This document shows, piece after piece, positions 25,250-36,811 of a stretch of DNA of 64,000 nucleotides; the first letter of the stretch is position 1; each line of letters begins with the position of its first letter. The translations under genes and the position numbers were made by a program. The notes beneath the pieces are model-generated. The model made no database searches. It saw nothing but the letters and a program-made list of their open reading frames with translations, and was not told the DNA's origin. The stretch spans positions 186,001 through 250,000 of the forward strand of contig NC_043001.1 in the NCBI RefSeq assembly GCF_006345805.1. Reading direction: 5' to 3'. Source of the DNA: Octopus sinensis (Eukaryota).

Positions 25250-27450
25250 TTTATATCTCTCCTCGATTATTATGGGGTAGAAGACAATCGATGGCAGATT
25301 ATTCGCGACACCACTTGCAGAATAGTCATGTCATCCCTAGGAAAGAGGGAGCGGAGAAATCAAGACTGGTTTGAAGCTCACCTGCCTGAGATGGAGCCTG
25401 TCATTGCTGCCAAGAGGGAAGCACTGGTCAACTATAAGCGCGACCCATCAGAAAAGAACCTGGTTACTCTGAGAACAGCCAGAAGCGATGCCCAGACGTT
25501 GCGCCAACATCTACTGGCAGAACTTATGCCAGAACATCCAGTGCTGTGCTGACAGTGGTAACATGAAAGGGATGTACGAGGGGATGAAGAAAGCATTCGG
25601 GCCCACTGTCAGAAAGGTTGCTCCACTGAAGTCCAGAGATGGCGAGGTCATCAAGGACCAGGCGAAGCAGATGGAGAGGTGGGTCGAGCATTACCAGAAC
25701 CTCTACTCCACTGAGAATGTGGTCACCAGGTCTGCCCTCGCCGGCATTCCTGCTCTGCCTGTCATGGAGGAGCTTGACCTGCCTCCAACAAAGGAAGAAC
25801 TGAGCAAAGCAATTGACTCACTCGCTCGGGGCAAGGCACCAGGGCAAGACGGCATCCCCGCAGAAGTCATCCAGTGCGGGAAGCCAGCTCTTCTGGGCCA
25901 TCTCCACGAGCTGCTCTGTCAGTGCTGGGAGGAGGGCTCTGTCCCTAAGGATATGCGTGACGCAAACATCATCACACTGTATAAAAACAAAGGGGACAGA
26001 AGCGACTGCAATAATTACAGGGGCATATCACTGCTCAGCACTGTCGGTAAGGCATTTGCCAGGGTGGTCCTGAAGAGGTTGCAAATACTTGCAGAGCGTG
26101 TGTACCCCGAGTCTCAGTCTGGCTTTAGGGCAGAGAGGTCTACAATTGACATGATCTTCTCACTCAGGCAGCTTCAAGAAAAGAGTCGAGAACAGAGACA
26201 GCCCCTATACGTGGCCTTCATCGACCTGGCTAAGGCGTTCGACTCAGTCAGCAGGGAGGGGCTGTTTGCGCTCCTGGGTAGGATAGGTTGCCCTCCCAGA
26301 CTGCTGAAACTCATCACCTCCTTTCACGACGGTATGCAGGGAACAGTGCAGTTTGACGGATCGCCCTTGGAGTCATTCCCCATCCAGAGTGGAGTGAAAC
26401 AGGGTTGCGTTCTGGCACCGACGCTCTTCGGAATTTTCTTCTCCCTTGTCCTGTCCTATGCCTTCAGAACGTCCGACGACGGAGTGTTCCTCCACACCAG
26501 GGCTGATGGTGGATTGTTCAATCTTGCGCGCCTCAGAGCTAAGACCAAAGTCCGTCAGGTGCTGATCAGAGAGATCCTCTTTGCTGACGATGCCGCCCTA
26601 ACATCACACAACCAACCGGGTCTCCAGAGGCTGGTCAGCTCCCTGGCGGATGCCTGCCAAGAGTTCGGCCTTACCATCAGCCTAAAAAAGACAGAGATCA
26701 TGGGCAGATGGATTGGGAAGGCTGCTGCTGCCATGGCTAAGCTCTCCAGGAGAGTGTGGGAAAACAACATGCTCACAATAACCACCAAGATCGCAGTGTA
26801 CCGAGCCTGCGTGCTGAGCACCCTATTCTACGGCAGTGAGAGCTGGACAACATACACCCGGCAGGTATGCCGCCTCAGCGGCTTCCACATGCGGTGTCTT
26901 CGACGGATCCTTGGCATCTCCTGGAAGGACCGAGTACCAAACGGAGTCATCCTGGAACAGACTAATATGCCAAGCATGTATGCCCTCCTCGTGCGGAGAC
27001 GACTGCGCTGGCTCGGACACGTCTGCCACATGCAGGACGGTCGCATGCCTAAAGACATCCTGTACAGCGAACTCACCACGGGATCCCAACCCAAGGGACG
27101 TCCACAGCTACGATACAGGGACGTGTGCAAGCGCAACCTGAGGACTGCCAACATCTGTGTGGACACGTGGGAGGAAACAGCTGCTGACCGCTCTGCCTGG
27201 CGTCGGACGGTGAGGAAAGGCGTTTCCATGGATGAGGAGAGGAGAGCACAGCTGTGGTTGGACAGGCGGGACAGGAGGAGGACCACTGCAGCAACACCCC
27301 ACACGTACCCATCGATGTTCGTGTGCAGCAACTGTACCAAGGACTGCCACTCTAGAATTGGACTGTTCAGTCACAGCAGATGCTGCACATCATCAAAGTA
27401 GGCCCCACCCTTGGCGCAACCCATTGTCTATCAAGACAGACGGGGATAAA
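25250..27450 (+). mobile_element. 5'-truncated RTE-BovB-like LINE, GC-rich, with in-frame internal deletion
   Basis: ORF 25488-27401: NYRGISLLS, GFRAERSTIDMIF, GVKQGCVLAPTLF, FADDAAL, LRWLGHV, C-terminal CSNC...SH finger; KTEIMG joins directly to RWIGKA, missing the usual YLGS segment. Confidence 0.95.
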
Positions 27451-27494
27451 GATATAAAGAAGATGTATTTATATATGTATATATGTATATTACC

Positions 27495-30430
27495 AGCCAC
27501 CTAGTCACCTACCGATCGGCTCTACATACCAGCCAAATTGACTACATCCTTGCCAGGAAAAGGGAAAGATGGCTGCTTATAAATGCCAAAACCTTCCCAG
27601 GCGAAGAATGTACCCCACAACATAAACTGGTAGTTAGTGACTTCAGGATCAGGACTAAGAGGACGACCAGAAGACAACCAACATGGAGAAGAAGGATCTG
27701 GAAGCTTAAAGATCCTGCGAATGGACAGAGACTTAGGGACATATTACTTGAAGCCTTTGACAAAGTAGAAGGGGATATAGCTTCACATGGGGTAGAAGAC
27801 AACTGGAGGTCTCTAAGGGACAACCTGCTGAGAGCCACTGACCAGATCTGTGGATGGTGCAAAGTCCCCTTCTCGACCCAAAATAACATGGTGGTGGAAC
27901 AATGTTGTAGACAGGGCTATTAGAGAAAAGAGACAGGCTTGGAAGGACTGGGAAAATGGTGGTAGCAGGGAATTGTATCAGACTACCAAAAGAGAAGCTA
28001 GGAGACAGGTTTATTTAACCAGAGGGGAAGCAGATAAGAAAAAATTTGCCGATGGTCTGCGCCGTGAGGACCAAAGACTTAAGGTATTCCGTGTTACAAG
28101 ACAGTGTGTGAGAGAGAATCATGATGTGGTAGGAGAGAAATGTGTTTGCATGGATGATGGTTCACTTGCGCTAAATGAGGATGCAAAGAGAGAGGTTTGG
28201 AGACATCATTATGAGAGGCTGCTAAATAAGGAAAATGAATGGGATAAAGAGAGTCTGCCGAATGTCGACCCAACAGAGGGACCAGCTATCCGAGTTGACA
28301 GTTCCTTAGTAGTTAAGGCAATTAGTAGCATGAAGACAGGGAAAGCCCCAGGCCCATCAGGAATTACTGCAGAGATGCTTAAAATATCTGGTAGTGTCGG
28401 CTATAGCCTAGTCACCCGTATAGTTAACCAGGTGATACACGAAGGAGTCATACCCAATGACTGGTGTAGCAGCATAATAGTCAACTGCTACAAAGGTAAG
28501 GGTGATGCTTTAGATACAAATAATTACAGAGGTATCAAGCTGTTGGATCAGGTGATGAAGGTTACGGAGAGGGTCATAGCCCAACTAATTAGAGAGAGAA
28601 TCAGCTTGGATGAGATGCAGTTTGGTTTCAGGTAAAAGCACCACTGATGCCATATTTCTGGTGAGACAGCTGCAGGAGAAATACCTAGCCAAGGATAAGC
28701 CCCTGTACCTGGCTTTCGTTGACATGGAGAAAGCCTTTGACAGGGTCCCCCAATCCCTCATCTGGTGGTCAATGAGGAAACTAGGGATAGATGAATGGTT
28801 AGTGAGAGCTGTGCAAGCCATGTACAGAGACTCTGTAAGTAAGGTGAGGGTTGGCAACGAGTACACTAAAGAATTCAAAGTAGAGGTAGGGGTCCACCAA
28901 GGTTCAGTCCTCAGCCCCCTCCTATTTATCATAGTACTCCAGGTAATAACAGAGGAATTCAAGACAGGATGCCCCTGGGAGCTCCTATATGCTGATGACC
29001 TTGCTCTAATTGCTGAGTCACTATCAGAACTGGAGGAGAAGTTTCAGGTGTGGAAGGAAGGATTAGAATCGAAGTGCCTCAGAGTCAAAGTAGCTAAAAC
29101 AAAAGTCTTAATATGTAGGAAGGCAGGCAAATCACAAACGCCTTCAGGTAGATGGCCCTGCTCGATCTGTAGAAAAGGCGTAGGTAGAAACTCTATAAGA
29201 TGCACCAAGTGTAAGCTATGGACACATAAGGGGTGCAGCAATGTCAAAGGAAGGCTAACTGGGAAGATAGTTTTTGTATGTGGCAGATGCTCAGGAGCAA
29301 TCAACACTGAAAATCTGCAGAAAACAAATTCTGTCACTTACCAGGGGAAAAAACTAGAAGTAGTCGATAGCTTCCATTACCTAGGTGACCAAGTCAGTAG
29401 CGGGGGAGGGTGCTCTGAAAGTGTAGCTGCTAGAGTAAGAATAGCCTGGGCAACGTTCAGGGAGCTCTTACCTCTGCTGGTGACTAAAGGCCTCTCGCTC
29501 AGAGTAAAAGGCAGACTGTATGATGCATGTGTACGAACAGCCATGCTACATGGCAGTGAAACATGGGCCGTGACTGCTGAGGACATGCGTAAGCTCACGA
29601 GGAATGAAGCCAGTATGCTCCGATGGATGTGTAATTTCAGTGCACATACTCGACAGAGTGTAAGTACCTTGAGAGAAAAGTTGGACCTAAGAAGCATCAG
29701 CTGTGGTGTGCAAGAGAGACGATTGCACTGGTATGGTCATGTGGCGAGAATGGATGAAGATAGTTGTGAAAAAGTGCCACACCCTGGCGGTTGAGGGAAC
29801 CTGTGGAAGACGTTGACCCAGGAAAACCTGGGATGAGGTGGTGAAGCACGACCTTTGAACTTTAGGTCTCACCGAGGAAATGACCAGAGACCGAGACCTT
29901 TGGAAGTATGCTGTGCGTGGGAAGACCCGGCAGGACAAGTGAGACCATAACCCGTGGCCTCCACCTGGGACGTAGCCAGCCCACTTATGCATACCTTTCC
30001 TTCTTGTGACACAAACCCTACGTGTGAAGACCTGTTGAGGCAAGTGAAAATCGAAATCAAAATCTTTCAACATCAATGGAAATTGTAGCTGAGATACCAG
30101 TGCCGGTGGCACGTAAGAGAACCTATTTCTTTATTACCCACAAGGGGCTAAACACAGAGGGGACAAACAAGGACAGACATAGGTATTAAGTCGATTACAT
30201 CGACCCCAGTGCGTAACTGGTACTTAATTTATCAACCCCGAAAGGATGAAAGGCAAAGTCGACCTCGGCGGAATTTGAACTCACAACGTTGCGACAGGTG
30301 AAATACCGCTAAGCATTTCGCCCGGTGTGCTAACGTTTCTGCCAGCTCGCTGCCTTGCACGTAAGAGAACCATCCGAACGTGGCTGTTGCCAGCGCCATC
30401 CCGACTGGCCTCCGTGCCGGTGGCACAAAC
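27495..30430 (+). mobile_element. 5'-truncated RTE LINE (second family) with frameshifts, Cys-rich insert and 3' UTR
   Basis: ORFs 27483-27923 (SQIDYIL), 27850-28635 (NYRGIKLL), 28610-29794 (GVHQGSVLSP, LYADDL, CSIC...CTKC...HKGC...CGRC). Confidence 0.95.
30124..30356 (-). mobile_element. SINE family A inserted in the RTE 3' UTR, 15-bp TSD
   Basis: Reverse complement of 3426-3659; TSD GCACGTAAGAGAACC at 30109-30123 and 30357-30371. Confidence 0.93.
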
Positions 30431-30719
30431 ACAATTGTAGAAAAATCCTATAGGTGCATGCACTGGCAGAAACACACCTTCCACTCATATGAATGATGAT
30501 TAATATAGATAACCTTGAATTTAATAATTTGGTTCCACATCTACAACACCATAGACAAAAATTTTTTTATACTCCGTGACTTGAAGGCCTACTACCAAAT
30601 TCGTTGGGGTATGTTCTACCTCTGTCTCTCTACCTCTCCCCCTCTCTCTATCTTAAGCACACTCAAACACACAGACACAAACCTGTCACTTTACTAGATA
30701 TATTTGGCATTTATCCCCC

Positions 30720-31330
30720 ACACAAACAATCACGCACACATATACACACACATAGACACGAATGCAGTTATATACATACACACACATAGGCACTCGATCT
30801 CATTGGCAAAAGCAAACAACAACGCATCACCATACATACGACTTGCACTCTGTCACCCCCCTATTCTTAGAACCTGCCCCTTCCAACCATTTTTGAACTC
30901 TTGAACTTTTTAGAATCTTATCCATCCAACCAATTTTGATGTCACTGCTTATAACGGAATATTTTAAAGAAACACTCATTATCACTATGGACTCCATGTG
31001 GGCAGTCATCTAAAAGTTTTTGTTTGTCATGATGCTGACATAAGTTCCTTGTCTTTCCTGATGAGAAGACGGCATAATGCACCCTTTATTCCTTCGGAAT
31101 TAAGAATATGCAGTCTTCGAAACATATGTCGAGAATAAAGGAATTTTGTTAAATCGTCGTTCAACTCCATTCTTTCATTTATCTATAGTAAAAAAACACA
31201 CAAATTTCCACACGCAAGCACATGATTTCTGCCCTTGGCATGTAGCTTCAACCGTGCTTTCTGACGTAAATTTGCTACCCGGGTATCGGTTAATTGAATT
31301 ATCCATACTAGGATAATTCATTCAACTACT
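30720..31330 (+). mobile_element. HHR family 2 non-autonomous element; 5' boundary approximate
   Basis: Colinear with the reverse complement of 5208-5790 and with 38296-38645; ends in (TA)n. Confidence 0.8.
31045..31143 (+). ncRNA. Type I hammerhead ribozyme motif with extended stem II (family 2)
   Basis: TTCCTTGTCTTTC-CTGATGA(31058-64)-GAAGAC.GCATA...TATGC.GTCTTC-GAAA(31119-22)-C ATAT G-TC-GAGAATAAAGGAA; GUC cleavage after 31130; palindromic stem III ACATATGT. Confidence 0.88.
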
Positions 31331-31382
31331 TAAATATATATATATATATATATATGTATTTATTTATATATTTATATATATG

Positions 31383-31414
<32 letters not shown>

Positions 31415-31745
31415 GGAATAAAAAAATGGAGTCAACGCAGGTTTAAACAAGTATTTTTTCTTTCTACATATGTTTCAAAAATTCCACTGATACTTATTCA
31501 AAAGAATAAAAGGTATAAACAATGCAATCTTCTCTTCGGGAAAGTGAAAAAACGAAACTCGTCAATACGACATTTTAGCAAAAAATGATGGATTCGTATA
31601 GCGATAGACAGAACGCTATTAATATTGTTTAAAAAAACGTTATATGATATAACGTCATAAGTAGCTAACAGAAAGAGTAGGGATATTAATAGTGAATGTT
31701 AAATATAAAGGAAATTAAAGTCTAAACTATATATAATGATAGAGA

Positions 31746-32072
31746 CTACTTATATGCACTAAAAGTATGCTTTTGCCAATGCTTACATCTGTATGCTCGT
31801 TCTATAACCGTGTTTACTAGAGTATTTTTAGAAAAAATAATGAAAAATAGCTCAGAATTGCAGAGAAGACAGAATTTCTTGCCTTTGTCATATGGTATCG
31901 AAATTGAGAGGATCAACCATTCCAAATGAAATTGTTCATTGTGGTCTTTTAAATTCCAAATCAGTTTGCTGAGACCGGTACTATTCCGTTTATTTCTATC
32001 TCTAAATGTTGAGTAATGGATAGAAATTCTCTTAGATAACTCAAACGACGTGCTTCCAATGAACAATTTCAT
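31746..32072 (-). pseudogene. Penelope-type GIY-YIG endonuclease C-terminal fragment
   Basis: FIGSTS...KRISIHYSTF...STGLSKLIWNLKD...W...PYDKG...CLLCNSE...CKH, the typical PLE GIY-YIG layout; the N-terminal codons come from the inversion junction. Confidence 0.85.
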
Positions 32073-32452
32073 TTGGAATTGTTGATCCTCTCAATTTCGA
32101 TACCATATGACAAAGGCAAGAAATTCTGTCTTCTCTGCAATTCTGAGCTATTTTTCATTATTTTTTCTAAAAATACTCTAGTAAACACGGTTATAGAACG
32201 AGCATACAGATGTAAGCATTGGCAAAAGCATACTTTTAGTGCATATAAGTAGTCTCTATCATTATATATAGTTTAGACTTTAATTTCCTTTATATTTAAC
32301 ATTCACTATTAATATCCCTACTCTTTCTGTTAGCTACTTATGACGTTATATCATATAACGTTTTTTTAAACAATATTAATAGCGTTCTGTCTATCGCTAT
32401 ACGAATCCATCATTTTTGCTAAAATGTCGTATTGACAAGTTTCGTTTTTTCA

Positions 32453-32537
32453 CTTTCCCGAAGAGAAGATTGCATTGTTTATACCTTTTATTCTTTTGAA
32501 TAAATATCAGTGGAATTTTTGAAACATATGTAGAAAG
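32453..32537 (+). ncRNA. Variant hammerhead motif (CCGAAGA core) in the Penelope 3' UTR; mirror copy at 31460-31544 on minus strand
   Basis: CTTTC-CCGAAGA-GAAGATT...TTTATTC(TTTT)GAATAAA...AATTTTT-GAAA-C ATAT G-TA-GAAAG; stems I-III form, but U4 of CUGA is replaced by C. Confidence 0.65.
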
Positions 32538-32728
32538 AAAAAATACTTGTTTAAACCTGCGTTGACTCCATTTTTTATTCCTATTATTCAAATATTCAAC
32601 GTAAACACGAAGTTTCAACCTTTATAAACAAGGAGTTACAACATCTTTACTTGTGAGATTTTGCTGCCCTGGTAACTATTCATTCATTTATCCGTGTTAA
32701 TTGTTAACAAGGTAAAATACACTCATAT

Positions 32729-32779
<51 letters not shown>

Positions 32780-32829
32780 TATAATAATAAATATTAGGGA
32801 ATAAATCCAAATTTACAGGGAAAAAAAAA

Positions 32830-34673
32830 TGTATATGAGTTTGTGTGTGAGTTTTTAGTTGTATAATTTATTTATCTGTATGAGTGTGGGTGTGTAAATA
32901 TTGTTGTATATATCGAGTTTAGTATGTATATGCGTATATGTGAGGGAGTATATGTATTTGTTGTGTGTGTGTGTTTTGCGTGTGTGTGTGTGTTTGTGTG
33001 TGAATGTGTATATGGGTTTGTTATTTAGGTTTTGGGATGTATGTGTTAATTTGTCTGTGTGGGGAGTGAGTGGGTTTTGGTGTATATTGAGGTTTATAAG
33101 TTAGTATAGGTATGTGTATAAGTCGTGGGTCTGTGGTTTACGTGTGTGTATTTGTGTGTGAATGTTTAGGTTAGGGGGATTATTATATAGGTTTGTTATA
33201 GAGTTTAGGAAAGGGAGATTTTATCGTTATATGTTTTTAAGAGTTTTGGTTTATCATGGTTTTTTTAGGGAATTCGTGGTAATTTGTCTATTTTCGATGT
33301 TGGTTGTTTTATTACATTGTTTCATTCATAATTTTTGAGTGGTGTTCGTTTTGCCACGTGAATATTATTTTTAATTCCATTTCTCCATTCATTAATTTAG
33401 AGATGTTCGTTTCCAGAGCGGTTATACTTTTTATACATATGTTAAGTTCCTTGGTAAAGTAATTTTGTTTGGTGTATATGTTGAGGCTTATATGTACTTG
33501 TGGGTGTGTGTGAGTGGGGTGGGTATTTGTATTTGTTATGGGTGTGTGGTTTACGTGTGTGTTTTTGTGTGTGAATGTATAGGTTAAAGGGATTGCTATA
33601 TAAGTATGTTATAGTGTTTAGTAAAGGGAGGTTTTATCATTTCTGTTTTGTGAGTTTTAGCTTATCATGGTAGTTTTATAAAAGAATCCATTCATAATTT
33701 TTGTGTTTATTTGTCTGTGTGGGGTTGAGTGGGTTTTTGGAGTATATGTTGAGGTTTATATGTATGTATTGGTATGTGTAAGTGGTGTGGGTATTTGTAT
33801 ATGTCGTGGGTGTGTGTGTTTACGTGTGTGTATTTGTGTGTGAAAGTTTAGGTTAGGGGGATTGCTATATAGGTTTGTTATAGAGTTTAGTAAAGGGAGA
33901 TTTTATCATTATATGTTTTTATGAGTTTTTGGTTTATCATGATAGGTTTGTTAAGGAATTCGTAGTAATTTGTGTCTATTTGCGATGTCTGTCTGTTGTT
34001 TTATTGCATTGTTTCATTCATAATTTTTAAGTAGTGTTCGTTTTACCAAGTGAATATAATTTTTAATTCCATTTCTGTTCATAGTTTTGAGTGATGTCCG
34101 TTTTCTAGAGCGTGAATGTGGGTTGTATGTGTGTGTGTGTGGGAGTATGAATAAGTATTGTGTTGAAGTATTTAGCTATTTTATTTATTTATAGTTGCCT
34201 AGACGTTTTTATGTGTATGTATAGGGATATATATATAGGTGTGTGATTTAGTGTATGTAGTTAGATATGGTTATATATAATTAGGTATATGTGTATGGGT
34301 GTATATATAGTTTATTATATTATTTTATTATTTTTGTTTTGTTTTATATTTTATATTTTATATTTTATAGTTTATATTTAATTGTTGATAGGTTTTTTTT
34401 AGTTTATATATTGTTTATATATTGATTATATATGGATTATATATAGGTTATATATTGATTATATACTTATATTTTTTCATTCATACTTTAATTACTTTAA
34501 AATTATTATTTTTATATTTTAAAATATTGATTTTTTAGATTGGAAGTCCACCTGAAGATTGTCGATCAAGACAAGAAACGATTGTAGTGGCGGTTTTTTT
34601 GACTATTTATTAAAATTTATTATTGATTAAGTCTTTCCTTGTTTGTTTTGCAAATAGTGGTTTTGTCTCTAAT
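32830..34673 (+). mobile_element. T/G-rich C-poor repeat, copy B (HHR family 1), with internal ~300-400-bp subrepeats
   Basis: Homologous to 3250-5177; repeated blocks near 33080, 33480 and 33760; same 3' end then (TA)n. Confidence 0.75.
34548..34590 (+). ncRNA. Minimal type I hammerhead ribozyme motif (family 1)
   Basis: CCAC-CTGAAGA-TTGTC(GATCAA)GACAA-GAAA-C GATT G-TA-GTGG; perfect 5-bp stem II; GUA cleavage after 34586. Confidence 0.87.
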
Positions 34674-34674
34674 A

Positions 34675-34719
<45 letters not shown>

Positions 34720-34785
34720 GTGTGTGTATTTATTTTTATATATATGTACAATATATATATATATGTATTTACTTTTATATACATT

Positions 34786-34945
34786 TACGGAGTGGTTGGC
34801 GTTAAGAAGGGCATCCAGCTGTAGAAACACTGCCAGATCAGACTGGAGCCTGGTGCAGCCTTCTGGCTTCCCAGATCCCCGGTCGAACCATCCAACACAT
34901 GCTAGCATGGAGAATGGACGTTAAACGATGATGATGATGATGATA
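34786..34945 (+). mobile_element. RTE 3' tail fragment
   Basis: GGAGTGGTTGGCGTTAAGAAGGGCATCCAGC...GGACGTTAAACGATGATG. Confidence 0.88.
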
Positions 34946-35102
34946 TATATATGTATATATAATACGTATATATATATATATAATATATGTATGTATATAT
35001 AATACATGTATATATATAATATATATATATACATGTATATATATATACATGTATATATATATATACATGTATATATATATATATATATATAAATATAATA
35101 CA

Positions 35103-36240
35103 CTTCTCTGCTACCACCATTCTTCCAGTCCTTCCAAACCTGTTTCTTTTGTCTAATGGCCTTGTCAACAACATTGTTTCACCACCATGTTACTTTGAGT
35201 CAAGAGGGGACTTTGCACCATCCACAGATCTGGTCGGTAGCCCTAATCAGGTTGTCTCGTAGGAACCTCCAGTTGTCTTCTATACCATGTGAAGCTATAT
35301 CCCCTTCTATTTCGTCAAAGGGTCCGAGTAATATGTCTCTAAATCTCTGTTCATTTGCAGGATCTTTAAGTCTCCAGACCCTTCTTCTCCATGTTGGTCG
35401 TCTTCTGGGCATCCATTTAGCCCTGATCCTGAAGTCACTAACTACCAGTCCATGTTGTGGGGTATGTTCTTCACCAGGGAAGGTTTTGGCATTTATAAGC
35501 AGCCATCTTTCCCTTTTTCTGGTGAGGATGTAGTCGATCTGACTTGTGTGTCTGCCAGATCGGTTGGTGACTAGGTGGCTGGCAGGTTTTCTGAAGTTAG
35601 TATTGCAAACCATAAGATCATTTGCGTCACAGAACTCCAGCAGCCTGGTTCCCTCCTCATTGCGAGAGCCAAAACCGTAGCCTCCATGTATGCCATGGAA
35701 GCCCCTGTCATGTTGTCCAACATGTCCATTGAAGTCACCATTCACAAAAAGAAGGTCCCTGTCATTCGTCAATGCGGTAGTCTGCAGTAGGGTGTCATAG
35801 AATCGGTCTTTATGTCCATTGGGTAGCCCTGGCTGAGGGACATAGGCCGAGATAATGGTTGCTAACCCATGACGGAACACTAATCTAATTTTAAGTATTC
35901 TGTCGCTTACTCTGACTACCTCAATTACCTTATCTACCCATTTCTCCGCAAGAAGTATACCCACACCCCCAACTCTGTCAGTGTTCCCTGCCCAGAAAAT
36001 CTTGTACCTGTGTTCTTTGCCTGTGAGGAACCTAGCAGAACCTCCTCTCCACCTTACTTCTTGGATGCAGCACATATCGACACATCTCCATTGAAGCATT
36101 TCAACAATCTCACCAGACCTACCTTTCAGTGTGCCAACGTTGAGTGCCAACCCTGAGGGTGTGGGAGGTATGGGCCCTAGAGACCCTGGGATGGCAGACA
36201 ACAGCGTCATGTACCTGAAAAGAGAGCTCGCGTTTGGCAG
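35103..36240 (-). mobile_element. RTE LINE 5' part (APE endonuclease), truncated at its 3' side; 5' UTR may extend to about 36540
   Basis: ORF 35200-36210: ALNVGTLKGRS, CIQEVRW, SAYVPQ, GDFNGHVG, SQIDYIL; same family as 27495-27975. Confidence 0.93.
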
Positions 36241-36811
36241 AATTCATAGCAACAATAGTCTTAGGTTCAACCTGCGTACACTACACTATCATATTTTGCA
36301 CTGCATGATCACTACCTTATATAGTAGGGGTGGGGTTGGCATAAGGACTTTAGAAGTGTTCGTGGGAGGCAACCAAGGATGATGAAACAGGGACTTCCGG
36401 TATAGGTGGAAGGGGTGGGAGGGCACGTGAGCTAAAGTTAAGACGGAACAATAGAACTATATTTACATGATGGTGCAGAAATAGACAAAATAAGATAGAA
36501 GAGAGGGAAAATAATAATAAGGGTTTATGATGAATACTGACAGAAATACAATGAGATGTAGATAACAAGTTGAGAGTTAAAATCGCTTATCTGAAATTTT
36601 TCATCCTCTGAGATTCGTATTTTACAGCCAAGGAATCGAAGAGTAGTAAGAGTCAGCATGCGTGCTTTAGTTTATATAGGGTGGTGGGTGGGGAAGTAGG
36701 AAGTAGGTTTGGCTAAGCTAAAGTAATCGAAAGAGAGGGAGAAAGACACATAGTGATACAGAGAGGGGGACACGACATGAACTAGCAACAAGTGCTAGTT
36801 GTAAGAGAGAA

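Larger units (their letters stand above)
31412..32720. mobile_element. Penelope-like element 3' fragment with inverted upstream copy (arms 31412-31941 and 32057-32584)
   Basis: About 530-bp arms with about 5 differences, 115-bp spacer; encodes a GIY-YIG fragment; HHR-like motif in each arm. Confidence 0.9.
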
